A DNA stretch of 36,749 nucleotides from Dapis sp. BLCC M126 (GTDB lineage Bacteria > Cyanobacteriota > Cyanobacteriia > Cyanobacteriales > Microcoleaceae). Shown here in pieces: positions 26,597 to 35,933 of the stretch (position 1 is its first letter; each line of letters begins with the position of its first letter). The notes beneath the pieces are model-generated. The model was given only the letters and a program-made list of their open reading frames with translations. It did no database searches and was not told the origin of the DNA. The stretch covers positions 1-36,749 of the forward strand of contig NZ_JBNHER010000060.1 of NCBI RefSeq assembly GCF_050015975.1, read 5' to 3'. The position numbers were made by a program, and so were the translations under genes.

Positions 26597-28135
26597 ATGA
26601 GTCAGAATGTAGACAAAATCAAAGATCACTTTCAACTCTTCCAAGAACCAGAATACCAAGAAATGTTTGAGCGGAAGAAAGAATTTGAAGGTGGTCCTTC
26701 CAAGGAAGAAGTAGACAGAGTTCGTGAGTGGACAAAAACTTGGGAATATCGTGAGAAGAACTTTGCTCGTGAAGCTCTAACTATCAACCCTGCTAAAGCT
26801 TGTCAGCCTTTAGGTGCTATCTTTGCAGCAGCAGGTTTTGAAGGCACTCTACCTTTTGTACATGGTTCTCAAGGATGTGTTGCTTACTTCCGTTCTCACT
26901 TAACTCGTAACTACAAAGAGCCATTCCAAGCTGTTTCTTCTTCTATGACTGAAGATGCTGCGGTATTCGGTGGTCTCAAGAACATGACTGATGGTTTGGC
27001 AAACTCTTATGCTTTGTACAAGCCAAAAATGATTGCTCTCTGCACAACTTGCATGGCAGAGGTAATTGGAGATGACTTAGGTTCATTCATCACTACCTCC
27101 AAGCAGCAAGGTTCAGTTCCTGAAGATTTCCCAGTTCCTTTCGCTCATACTCCTAGCTTTGTTGGTTCTCACATCACAGGCTATGACAATATGCTCAAGG
27201 GTATTTTGGTAGCTCTGACTGAAGGTAAGAAAGCAGAAACAGATAACGGTAAAATCAACTTTATCCCTGGTTTCGACCCTTATGTTGGCAACATCCGGGA
27301 ATTGAAGAGTATTCTATCTTTGATGGATGTTCCTAACACTGTTTTAGCAGACAACGCTGAGAGCTTTGATTCTCCTAACTTGGGCGAATTCAAGATGTAC
27401 AACGGTGGTACAACTCTGGAAGAAGGTGCTGATTCCATCAATGCTAAGGCTACTATCTCCTTCCAGAAATATTCCACTCCTAAGACTCTAGAGTACCTAG
27501 TAGAAAAAGGTGGTCAAACAACAGCTACTTATCGTCCTATCGGTATCCGTGGTACTGATGAGTTCTTAATGGGATTGTCTGAATTGACTGGAAAAGCTAT
27601 TCCTGAAGAGCTAGAAATTGAGCGTGGTCGTGCAGTTGACGCTATCACTGACTCTCAAGCTTGGTTACACGGTAAGCGCGTTGCAATTTATGGCGATCCT
27701 GACCATGTATTAGGTTTGGTAAACTTCGTTCTAGAATTGGGTATGCAGCCAATTCACGTTCTTGTTAACAACGGTAATGTTAATGGTTTTGAAGAAGAAG
27801 CTAAGGCATTGTTAGCTAACGATCCTAACGGTCAAGATGCTACTGTTTGGGTTGGTAAGGATTTATGGCACATGCGCTCACTGTTGGATACTGAGCCAGT
27901 TGACTTGTTAATTGGTAACTCCTATGGTAAGTTCCTCCAACGTGATACTGGTACTCCATTAGTACGTATCGGCTATCCTATCTTTGATCGTCACCACCAA
28001 CACCGTTATTCTATCTTAGGATATAAGGGAGCATTCAATCTACTCAACTGGATTGTTAATACTATCCTTGATGAGTTAGATCGTGGTAGCATGGAGCTAG
28101 GTGTTAACGATACATCTTTTGACTTGATTCGTTAA
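26597..28135 (+). CDS. nifK: Nitrogenase molybdenum-iron protein beta chain NifK
   Basis: 512-aa ORF with the conserved blocks [26 protein letters not shown] and [13 protein letters not shown], and a typical C-terminus. Confidence 0.97.
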   Translation: MSQNVDKIKDHFQLFQEPEYQEMFERKKEFEGGPSKEEVDRVREWTKTWEYREKNFAREALTINPAKACQPLGAIFAAAGFEGTLPFVHGSQGCVAYFRSHLTRNYKEPFQAVSSSMTEDAAVFGGLKNMTDGLANSYALYKPKMIALCTTCMAEVIGDDLGSFITTSKQQGSVPEDFPVPFAHTPSFVGSHITGYDNMLKGILVALTEGKKAETDNGKINFIPGFDPYVGNIRELKSILSLMDVPNTVLADNAESFDSPNLGEFKMYNGGTTLEEGADSINAKATISFQKYSTPKTLEYLVEKGGQTTATYRPIGIRGTDEFLMGLSELTGKAIPEELEIERGRAVDAITDSQAWLHGKRVAIYGDPDHVLGLVNFVLELGMQPIHVLVNNGNVNGFEEEAKALLANDPNGQDATVWVGKDLWHMRSLLDTEPVDLLIGNSYGKFLQRDTGTPLVRIGYPIFDRHHQHRYSILGYKGAFNLLNWIVNTILDELDRGSMELGVNDTSFDLIR

Positions 28136-28154
28136 GCGATCGCCACAAAAAGAG

Positions 28155-28183
28155 TAGGGGCTTGGGTATCAAGCCCCTATTTT
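28155..28183 (+). terminator. Rho-independent terminator-like hairpin after nifK
   Basis: TAGGGGCTT-gggtatc-AAGCCCCTA forms a 9-bp stem followed by TTTT. It lies 20 bp after the nifK stop. Confidence 0.6.
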
Positions 28184-28184
28184 A

Positions 28185-28278
28185 GTATAATTAAAGCTCG
28201 TAGTAGGGCTTTAGCCCGAATTATAGATAGGGCTAAAGTCCTAAAACAAAAAATTTTTATTATTATCCGGACATCATA
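28185..28278. mobile_element. MITE family A, 5'-truncated copy
   Basis: It starts inside the element (GTATAATTAAAGCTCGTAGTAGGGCTTTAGCCC). The right end CCGGACATCATA is intact and followed by TTA. Confidence 0.65.
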
Positions 28279-28322
28279 TTAGTCAGTTCAGTAGTGTCGT
28301 GTCAAGCTTGAAAATGTGGATT

Positions 28323-28415
28323 AAAAAACCTAACCCCCCAACCCCCTTCCCTACAAGGGAAGGGGGGGAATTTCTCCCCTCTCAAAAGCAGGAGAGGGGC
28401 TGGGGGAGAGGTCTT
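28323..28415. repeat. Dispersed double-hairpin repeat, copy 2
   Basis: AAAAACCTAACCCCCCAACCCCCTTCCCTACAAGGGAAGGGGGGG...CTCCCCTCTCAAAAGCAGGAGAGGGG... is related to 6397-6490. It accounts for the spurious ORF at 28299-28481. Confidence 0.7.
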
Positions 28416-28506
28416 CAAGGTTACTCGCTCCTAACCCACCATTTTAGTCTTGACACGCCAGTAGTGGATTGTTTCACCTAAAATAGTGCATTAGCTTTTT
28501 TCATAA

Positions 28507-28546
28507 TCACCCCATCCCCCCATCGCCCCATCACCCCATCCCTCCA
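28507..28546. repeat. Tandem octamer TCNCCCCA x5
   Basis: Direct reading gives tcacccca/tcccccca/tcgcccca/tcacccca/tccctcca. Confidence 0.85.
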
Positions 28547-28728
28547 TTTTCTAACGCAACATTTAAGATGAAACAATACACTACTGAACTTACGGGAAGC
28601 AAGCTACGTTCCTCAACCCAACCTACAAAATGATAACCTCTATACAAAACCAATAATAAAAATTTGTCATTCTTAAGATTAGATACTCCATACCCGCCCC
28701 ATAGTAGTTAATAAAGAGAATTAATAAC

Positions 28729-31536
28729 ATGGCTATGATGACCCCAGGCAAAGTTGCCGAACTATTGAATGAGCCTGGTTGCGAACACAACCATAAGAAA
28801 AATAACGGAGAAAAAAAACAGAAAGGCTGTAACCAACAAGCGTCACCTGGAGCAGCTCAAGGAGGTTGCGCTTTCGACGGAGCTAGTATCGCCCTAGTAC
28901 CCATCACAGATGCAGCTCACCTGGTTCACGGGCCTTTAGGTTGTTCTGGTAACTCCTGGGGAACTCGTGGTAGTCTTTCCTCTAACTCCCATCTCTACAA
29001 AATGGGTTTTACCACCGACATGGGTGAAAATGACATTATCATGGGCGGTGAGAAAAAATTATTGAAGGCGATCGCTGAACTGAAAAAACGCTACCAACCT
29101 CCAGCAGTATTTGTCTACGCTACCTGTGTTACTTCCTTAATTGGAGATGATCTAGAAACAGTTTGTAAAGTCGCCAGCAAAAAATTAGAACTTCCGGTAA
29201 TTCCTGTAAACTCTCCTGGTTTCATCGGTAGTAAAAATCTCGGCAACCGGGTTAGTGCAGAAGCATTATTAGACCATGTAGTAGGTACAGCAGAACCAGA
29301 ATTTACTACACCTTACGATATTAATCTCATCGGTGAATACAATATCGCTGGGGAAATGTGGGCTATGTTACCCCTGTTTGAAAAACTCGGCATTCGGGTA
29401 TTGTCAAAAATTACAGGAGATGCTACCTACGAAGAAGTTTGTTATGCTCACCGTGCCAAACTCAACGTTATGATCTGCTCTAAAGCTATGATCAACATGG
29501 CACGGAAAATGGAGGAAGAATACGGTATTCCTTACATTGAAGAATCATTTTATGGTGTTGCTGATATTAACAACTGTCTCAGAAATATAGCAGCTCAACT
29601 TGGTTATGATGACTTGAAAGAGCGGACAGAAAAGCTTATTGCGGAAGAAACAACTATTCTCCAAGAAATATTAGAACCCTATCGCCAACGTCTCAAAGGT
29701 AAAAGAGTTGTACTCTACACAGGCGGGGTAAAAAGTTGGTCTATTATTTCCGCAGCTAAAGATTTAGGTATGGATGTGGTTGCTACTAGCACCAAGAAAA
29801 GTACGGAAGAAGATAAAGCTAAAATCAAACAATTACTTGGTAAAGATGGTATTTTGTTAGAAAAAGGTAATGCTGAAATTCTGCTGAAAGTAATTGCCGA
29901 CACTAAAGCTGATATGCTCATTGCAGGAGGCCGTAACCAATATACCGCCCTCAAAGCCAGAATTCCATTTTTGCACATTAACCAAGAACGCCACCATCCC
30001 TACGCTGGATATCATGGGATGATTGAAATGGCAAAAGAATTAGATGAAGCTCTCCATAGTCCAGTTTGGGAACAAGTACGACAACCCGCACCTTGGTTAG
30101 AGGAATGTCAGTTAGAGGATGTCTCAGCAATTGAAACTTTACCAAGTCTGACTAATATTCCACCCGCAACAGTTAACGTTCATAAAAACCCCTTATCCAC
30201 AAATCCTCTGAAACTCAGTCAACCCTTGGGTGCAGCTTTAGCATACTTAGGAATTAAGGGGATGATGCCAATGTTCCACGGTACTCAAGGTTGTACTGCT
30301 TTTGCTAAGGTATTATTGGTAAATCACTTCCAAGAAGCTATTCCCCTGTCTACGACTGCCATGAGTGAAGTGACAACTATTTTGGGAGGGGAAGATAACG
30401 TCGATAAAGCATTGCTGACTCAAGTTGAAAAGTCAAAACCAGAAGTTATTGGTTTGTTGACTACTGGTTTAACAGAAACCAGGGGCGATGACATGGAACG
30501 TATTCTCAAGAAATTTAGAGAAGATAATCCAGAGTTAGATGAGTTGCCCATATTAAATGTTTCTACTCCAGATTATAAGGGTTCTGCTCAGGACGGTTTT
30601 GCTGCTACAGTAGAACGTATAGTAGCTTATGATTATGGCGAACCTATTCCCAGGGAAACTAAAAAACCTTTCATTACAATTTTAGCAGGTTCTAGTCTTG
30701 CTCCTGGAGACGTGCAGGAAGTCAAAGATATTGTGGAAGGTTTTGGCTTAATTCCCATAGTTGTACCAGATATATCTCAGTCTTTGGACGGACATTTAGT
30801 TGATGATATTTATAGTGCTACCAGTACTGGCGGTACTACAATAGAGGAGTTGCGTAATTTGAGTCAGTCAGCTTTCACCTTTGTTATTGGGGAAAGTCTA
30901 CGGAACGCTGCTCAGATACTGCAAGAAAAATTTGGTACTCAATATCAAGTGTTTCCTCGGTTGACAGGTTTAGGTGCTGTAGACAGTTTCATGTTAAAAT
31001 TGTCTCAGCTAGTTGTGTCTCGTACCGATCCTCATCTTGACAGAGGTTGTGAAGTGCCTCAGAAGTATCAACGCCAACGTCGTCAGTTACAGGATGCGAT
31101 GTTGGATACCCACTTCTATTTTGGTCATAAGCAAATATCTATTGCTCTGGAGCCAGATTTACTTTGGGCAACAAGTTGGTTTTTGCGAGAAATGGGAGCA
31201 GATATTAAAGCTGCCGTAACAACTACGCGATCGCCATTACTCGAAAAATTGCCCACAGAAAATGTGACTGTTGGAGACTTGGGAGACTTTGAGGAAGTAG
31301 CAGCAGGTTCAGATTTACTAATTACCAATTCTCATGGTAAGCTAATATCTGAGAAGTTAGGTATTGCTCTCTATCGGATGGGAATGCCAATTCACGATCG
31401 CCTCGGTAATGGTCAACGTTGTTATGTAGGTTATCGTGGTACAATGAATTTATTATTTGATATTGGTAATATTTTCTTAGAGCAAGAAGAATCAAAAATT
31501 CACAGTAATGATTATTCATTATTGTCGCTACGTTAG
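28729..31536 (+). CDS. nifEN: Fused NifE-NifN FeMo-cofactor biosynthesis scaffold (single 935-aa ORF)
   Basis: The NifE-like part (aa 1 to ~456) contains KVAELLNEPGCEHN, GGCAFDGA, HGPLGCSG and ends ...HSPVWEQVRQPAPW. A ~31-aa linker covers 30097-30189. The NifN-like part starts at about aa 488 with NPLKLSQPLGAALAYLGIKGMMPMFHGTQGCTAFAK. There is no stop codon or ATG at the junction. Confidence 0.85.
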   Translation: MAMMTPGKVAELLNEPGCEHNHKKNNGEKKQKGCNQQASPGAAQGGCAFDGASIALVPITDAAHLVHGPLGCSGNSWGTRGSLSSNSHLYKMGFTTDMGENDIIMGGEKKLLKAIAELKKRYQPPAVFVYATCVTSLIGDDLETVCKVASKKLELPVIPVNSPGFIGSKNLGNRVSAEALLDHVVGTAEPEFTTPYDINLIGEYNIAGEMWAMLPLFEKLGIRVLSKITGDATYEEVCYAHRAKLNVMICSKAMINMARKMEEEYGIPYIEESFYGVADINNCLRNIAAQLGYDDLKERTEKLIAEETTILQEILEPYRQRLKGKRVVLYTGGVKSWSIISAAKDLGMDVVATSTKKSTEEDKAKIKQLLGKDGILLEKGNAEILLKVIADTKADMLIAGGRNQYTALKARIPFLHINQERHHPYAGYHGMIEMAKELDEALHSPVWEQVRQPAPWLEECQLEDVSAIETLPSLTNIPPATVNVHKNPLSTNPLKLSQPLGAALAYLGIKGMMPMFHGTQGCTAFAKVLLVNHFQEAIPLSTTAMSEVTTILGGEDNVDKALLTQVEKSKPEVIGLLTTGLTETRGDDMERILKKFREDNPELDELPILNVSTPDYKGSAQDGFAATVERIVAYDYGEPIPRETKKPFITILAGSSLAPGDVQEVKDIVEGFGLIPIVVPDISQSLDGHLVDDIYSATSTGGTTIEELRNLSQSAFTFVIGESLRNAAQILQEKFGTQYQVFPRLTGLGAVDSFMLKLSQLVVSRTDPHLDRGCEVPQKYQRQRRQLQDAMLDTHFYFGHKQISIALEPDLLWATSWFLREMGADIKAAVTTTRSPLLEKLPTENVTVGDLGDFEEVAAGSDLLITNSHGKLISEKLGIALYRMGMPIHDRLGNGQRCYVGYRGTMNLLFDIGNIFLEQEESKIHSNDYSLLSLR

Positions 31537-31564
31537 AAACAAGAAACCAGGTTTATTAGATTAG

Positions 31565-31626
31565 GCTCGTAGTAGGGCTTTAGCCCAAAAGGTCAAGATT
31601 TGAGGGCTAAAGCTCTACTACAAACT
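31565..31626. repeat. MITE family A core hairpin only (no termini)
   Basis: CTCGTAGTAGGGCTTTAGCCC...GGGCTAAAGCTCTACTACAAAC lies downstream of nifEN. Confidence 0.6.
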
Positions 31627-31712
31627 TTACCGCTTCAAAACAAGCTTGTTATCAAGAACTAATGGCAGTTTGCTATTAGTTTTTGGTACATACAACAAGG
31701 AGGAAAACAACA

Positions 31713-32132
31713 ATGAAAGTTGCATTTGCAACCACTGATTTGGTTCATATAGATGGTCATTTTGGTTCTTCTAAACAAATGGCTTTATATGAAGTTGATG
31801 ATAAAGGGTATCAACCTTTAGAACCCTTGACTTTTGGCGGTAATCTAGATCAAGATGCCCCCAAACAAGATAAACTAGAAAAACTTCATGCCAAAGTCGC
31901 CGCTTTGCTCGACTGCACAATAGTTTATGTACTAGAAATTGGCGGTCCCGCAGCAGGTCGTTTAATCAACAAAAAAGTTACTCCCATGAAGTCAACTTCA
32001 GCAGAACAAACAATTACTGAAGTGCTTGATAGATTGGTACAAACATTAAAAGGCAGTCCTCCACCTTGGTTAAGGAAAGCTTTACAAAAAACTTCTGAAT
32101 CTGACTTAGAAGCTGTACTTGAAGAGGTATAA
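31713..32132 (+). CDS. nifX: Nitrogen fixation protein NifX
   Basis: MKVAFATTDLVHIDGHFGSSKQMALYEV is typical of the NifX/NifB-C family. I chose the ATG at 31713 because it is preceded by AAGGAGG. The ORF track's 31683 start is a TTG. Confidence 0.9.
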   Translation: MKVAFATTDLVHIDGHFGSSKQMALYEVDDKGYQPLEPLTFGGNLDQDAPKQDKLEKLHAKVAALLDCTIVYVLEIGGPAAGRLINKKVTPMKSTSAEQTITEVLDRLVQTLKGSPPPWLRKALQKTSESDLEAVLEEV

Positions 32133-32136
32133 AACT

Positions 32137-32607
32137 ATGACAGTTCAAACAGAAACAACAACAACAACTGACATTTATTCCGCTCCCTTTATTAAGGAAT
32201 TAATTAGAGCGGTTCAAGCCCAAGACTCCTATGGAGTATATAAGTCTTGGTCTCCTGAATTAATTATCAAGCCTTACATTGTTAGTAAGCAAGAAAAACG
32301 CCAAATTTCTACTGAGAATGAAGTCGATCCGATGACTTTAGCTCGGATTAAGTTATTCTACAATGCAATAGCGACTTGCATTGAATTAGAAACTAATCAA
32401 ATCATGCAGGTAGTTATTAGTATCAACCACGAAGGATTTGGTTGGGCATTAGTATTTTGCGGTCGTCTTTTAGTGGTTTCTAGAACTTTACGGGATGCTC
32501 AACGTTTTGGGTTTACTTCTCTGGAAAAATTAGAAGATGAAGGAGAAAAAATGGCTAAAGCTGGCATTGAGTTGGTGAACAAATATAAGGAAGTTTGTAA
32601 ACTTTAA
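32137..32607 (+). CDS. NifX-associated nitrogen fixation protein (DUF269 family)
   Basis: The ORF follows nifX at the conserved position. It contains FIKELIRAVQAQDSYG...LARIKLFYNAIA...INHEGFGWALVFCGRLLVVSRTLRDAQRFGF. The ATG at 32137 is more plausible than the TTG at 32119. Confidence 0.85.
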   Translation: MTVQTETTTTTDIYSAPFIKELIRAVQAQDSYGVYKSWSPELIIKPYIVSKQEKRQISTENEVDPMTLARIKLFYNAIATCIELETNQIMQVVISINHEGFGWALVFCGRLLVVSRTLRDAQRFGFTSLEKLEDEGEKMAKAGIELVNKYKEVCKL

Positions 32608-32626
32608 CTTAATAGCATTCAGTAAC

Positions 32627-32782
32627 AAGAAACCAGGTTTATTCCCCTGATATTGTTGTTGAAATCACGAAATTTCCTCCATCGACTCGGTTTCTCTGTA
32701 GGAGTTACAAACCCAAACAAGAAACCGGGTTTATGGGAGGTAAATTTTAGATGGTAGGGCATTTAATACAAACCCGGTTTCT
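32627..32782. repeat. Two tandem hairpin modules bounded by AAGAAACC(A/G)GGTTT
   Basis: Module 1 is 32627-32696 (AAGAAACCAGGTTT ... ACTCGGTTTCTC). Module 2 is 32719-32782 (AAGAAACCGGGTTT ... AAACCCGGTTTCT, a ~13-bp stem). The 19-mer AACAAGAAACCAGGTTTATT also occurs at about 31539-31557, right after the nifEN stop. Confidence 0.7.
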
Positions 32783-32951
32783 ATACTTTTTTATTATTGC
32801 TGATGGCTGACAGCTAATAACTGAATGCCTAAGCTAATCTTTTTTTAAGAAAAATCTTAAAAAAAATTAAAATAGATGATAAAGATTTTGATTTGTGTCT
32901 ATAATCAAATAATAGAAATAGCCACTACTAAATAATACTGGGGTTCATCAA

Positions 32952-33263
32952 ATGAAAACATTAACAGACTTCCAAAAACTCGTCGATGCCGAAGATTTTC
33001 TCAGCTTCTTTGAAATTCCCTTCGACCAAACAACTGTAAATGTAAATCGCCTCCATATATTAAAAATGTTTTCTGTAGCAATTGCAGAAGTTGACGAAAA
33101 AAAAGAACTGGCTGAAGCAGAAAAAATAACTGCATATAAAACAGCATTAGAATCAGCTTATCAAACTTTCTTGACATCTAACGCTCAAGAACAAAAAGTA
33201 TTTCCAGTATTCCAACAAGAACATAACGATGTAGTTAAATTAACAGAAATCAGTGCTGAGTAA
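32952..33263 (+). CDS. nifW: Nitrogenase-stabilizing/protective protein NifW
   Basis: 103-aa ORF. The block AEDFLSFFEIPFDQTTVNVNRLHILKMF is typical of NifW. Confidence 0.9.
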   Translation: MKTLTDFQKLVDAEDFLSFFEIPFDQTTVNVNRLHILKMFSVAIAEVDEKKELAEAEKITAYKTALESAYQTFLTSNAQEQKVFPVFQQEHNDVVKLTEISAE

Positions 33264-33276
33264 GGAGTAAAAAATT

Positions 33277-34095
33277 GTGTCCGACCTCACACCCAAAGAA
33301 TTAGAACGTTATAGTCGTCAAATGATGCTTCCAGGCTTTGGTGAGGAAGCACAACAACAACTCAAATCAACAACAGCATTAGTCACGGGAGTCGGTGGGT
33401 TAGGTGGCACAGCAGCACTGTATTTAGCAGTAGCAGGTGTCGGGAAACTAATTTTAGTCCGAGGTGGCGAACTGCGACTTGATGACATGAATCGTCAAAT
33501 CTTGATGACAGATGATTGGGTTGGTAAAGTCCGAGTAGACAAAGCCAAGGAAACTCTATCTGCCATTAACCCAGACATTAAGATTGAAGCAGTTCCCGAA
33601 TATGTGACGGCTGAAAATGTAGACGCATTAGTACAGTCCTCTGATATTGCCCTCGACTGTGCCCACAACTTTGACGAACGGAATTTACTCAATGCTGCCT
33701 GTGTACGTTGGCGCAAACCAATGGTGGAAGCTGCCATGAATAGTATGGAAGCTTACTTAACCACCATAGTTCCTGGTATAACTCCCTGTTTGTCTTGTCT
33801 GTTCCCAGAAAAACCAAATTGGGATAGACGTGGGTTCGGAGTATTGGGGATAGTTTCTGGCACTCTAGCTTGTCTAGCAGCTTCAGAAGCCATCAAACAG
33901 ATTACAAGATTTAGTAAACCTCTGTGGTCACAACTGTTGACAATGGATTTGGATGGGATGGAGTTTGCTAAACGTCGCCCCTACCATGACCCCAACTGTC
34001 AGGTTTGTGGTTCTCTCAGTAGAGAGTTAAAAGCTGAGTCCACAGGTATTGGTAACAATTTAACCACAGAAGTTATCACAGCGAACAGTTTGTAG
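33277..34095 (+). CDS. hesA: HesA (ThiF/MoeB-like adenylyltransferase)
   Basis: 272-aa ORF with a GTG start 9 nt after AAGGAG. It contains ERYSRQMMLPGFGEEAQQQLK, the nucleotide-binding GVGGLGG motif, and two CxxC pairs (CLSC, CQVC). Confidence 0.9.
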   Translation: MSDLTPKELERYSRQMMLPGFGEEAQQQLKSTTALVTGVGGLGGTAALYLAVAGVGKLILVRGGELRLDDMNRQILMTDDWVGKVRVDKAKETLSAINPDIKIEAVPEYVTAENVDALVQSSDIALDCAHNFDERNLLNAACVRWRKPMVEAAMNSMEAYLTTIVPGITPCLSCLFPEKPNWDRRGFGVLGIVSGTLACLAASEAIKQITRFSKPLWSQLLTMDLDGMEFAKRRPYHDPNCQVCGSLSRELKAESTGIGNNLTTEVITANSL

Positions 34096-34409
34096 CTAGA
34101 GCTTTGGTTTAATTTATAAATATAGGAATTGGTAGAAACGGCAAGTTTAAAAATCTTTTAGGATATGCGATCGTGAAAACGATCTGCAGTGAGATCGGGC
34201 TAACACTAAGACTAGAATTTTTAAAAGTCAGGGTGCATTTTTCTAATCAATACAATCTAATCTGTTTTAGTGTTAGCCTGATTTATCTATTGCCTCTCAA
34301 ACTACCACTTTTCCTTAGACCACTAAATCACTAAACCAGACAAGAGGCGGATGTCGTCTATCTGGATAATTATTTTATCGGCAAGTATAAATTACTTTCC
34401 CTCAAGATT

Positions 34410-34760
34410 ATGACTCTGAGTTTGACAGAAAAAGCTGCTTCTCAACTTACAAAGTTCGTGGAAGACTCAAATCAAGGCATCCGCATCTCTGTTGTGGATG
34501 GAGGTTGCAGTGGTTATCAATATTCCTTAAATATTGCTAAAGCTCCCAAGGCAGATGACTTACTACTAGAAAAAGATAACTTACAAATATTTATCGATCC
34601 TAAAAGTGCGCCTTTGCTAGACGGAGTTGTAGTTGACTACATCGAAGGTTTAACAGAAAGCGGGTTAAAGTTTATTAATCCTAACGCCACAGAAACTTGT
34701 AGTTGCGGCAAGTCTTTTCAAGCAGGAGGTTGCACTCCAACAGGAGTACCTTGTAGCTAA
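34410..34760 (+). CDS. hesB: HesB (IscA-type Fe-S cluster assembly protein)
   Basis: 116-aa ORF with GGCSGYQY and a C-terminal NPNATETCSCGKSF motif. Confidence 0.9.
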   Translation: MTLSLTEKAASQLTKFVEDSNQGIRISVVDGGCSGYQYSLNIAKAPKADDLLLEKDNLQIFIDPKSAPLLDGVVVDYIEGLTESGLKFINPNATETCSCGKSFQAGGCTPTGVPCS

Positions 34761-35201
34761 TTGCTCGCATCAATATCCCTGGCAATTTACGGCAATAAAA
34801 GCTAAAAAAATCGGGGATAGTTTGAAATTTTTAGAACTGTAGTTGATAATAGGTGTCGGAAGCGATAAATATTGATCGCGACCTCAAATAGCCTAAAAAA
34901 GTCTGTGGGCTATCAGGAGAAGTAAATCAATAAACTAGGGTGGGCTGCACCCAAATATACGCTTGTGAACTGGCAAGAGCCGACTCTCCAGGTTAAAGCA
35001 AGAAGCAAACATCAAGACAGGAATTACGAGGTATTACCTAGTTTTGCCGGGATTGTGTAAGTTTTGTACAGCAGTACCTTGCAGTTAATATAGCTTTCAG
35101 CACTCCGCATTTAGCATAAAGACTATAGCTAATAGCTGATAGCTTGTTAACACAGTTTCGAGATTAAGAACAACTAAACAAAAGGAGGATCTAATTAACC
35201 A

Positions 35202-35519
35202 ATGGCTACTTACAAAGTACAACTAATCAAAGGTAAGAAAAAGCAACCCCCAGAAATTGATGTCACCATCGAAGTTGATGATGATACATATATACTTGAT
35301 GCAGTAGAAGAAGCTCATCCAGACTTAGAATTCCCTTCTTCTTGTCGTGCAGGTTCTTGTTCTAGTTGTGCTGCAAGAATAACCGAAGGAGAAGTAGATC
35401 AAGAAGATCAAAACTTCTTAGACGATGAGCAAGTAGAAAAAGGGTGGGCGCTATTGTGTGTAGCCAAGCCAAAGTCTGATTGTGTTATCAAAACTCACCA
35501 AGAAGCTTATTTAGTGTAA
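35202..35519 (+). CDS. fdxH: Heterocyst-type plant-like [2Fe-2S] ferredoxin
   Basis: 105-aa ORF with the Cys ligand pattern [14 protein letters not shown]...LLCV and a C-terminal IKTHQEAYL. It occupies the position after hesB. A Lys-rich insertion (KGKKKQPPE) sits near the N-terminus. Confidence 0.9.
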   Translation: MATYKVQLIKGKKKQPPEIDVTIEVDDDTYILDAVEEAHPDLEFPSSCRAGSCSSCAARITEGEVDQEDQNFLDDEQVEKGWALLCVAKPKSDCVIKTHQEAYLV

Positions 35520-35548
35520 TAAGTACGACTTGTAAATAATTATTATCG

Positions 35549-35574
35549 TAGGGACGTTCCATGGAACGTCCCTA
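35549..35574. terminator. Perfect 26-bp palindrome between convergent fdxH and mop (possible bidirectional terminator; also a member of a dispersed repeat)
   Basis: TAGGGACGTTCCATGGAACGTCCCTA. Related GGGACGTT...AACGTC palindromes occur near 480-505 and 9303-9330. Confidence 0.5.
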
Positions 35575-35621
35575 TTAAGTTTTTGGCTTATAAAATCTTT
35601 GGTTGCATTTTCTTAGTAATA

Positions 35622-35831
35622 TTAATCAACTGCCACTATAATATCAGATGCTTTAATTACTGCATAAGCTTCCTTACCTTCGGCTAATCCCAAGTTTTCT
35701 GCTGAAGTTTTAGTAATTACAGAAACTATCTCTACTCCAGGAGCAATTTCTAACGTGATCTCAGTATCTACAGCTCCAGTTACTACCTTTTTAATAGTAC
35801 CTTTAAAAGTATTACGAGCGCTAATCTTCAT
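35622..35831 (-). CDS. mop: Molybdenum-pterin binding protein (Mop, TOBE domain)
   Basis: 69-aa ORF. MKISARNTFKGTIKKVVTGAVDTEITLEIAPGVEIVSVITKTSAENLGLAEGKEAYAVIKASDIIVA is a classic Mop/TOBE sequence. Confidence 0.9.
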   Translation of the reverse strand: MKISARNTFKGTIKKVVTGAVDTEITLEIAPGVEIVSVITKTSAENLGLAEGKEAYAVIKASDIIVAVD

Positions 35832-35933
35832 TTTTAAGCTCCGAATATGAAATTGTTTACTTGTGAAATTTTAACAAAAACAATTCTACAATATTAATAA
35901 GTTTGAGAAAAATTAAACATTGGAGTAATAGAT

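Noticed and set aside
28299-28481. 60-aa ORF between nifK and nifEN.
   Set aside because: It is a translation of the dispersed double-hairpin repeat (28323-28415), not a gene.
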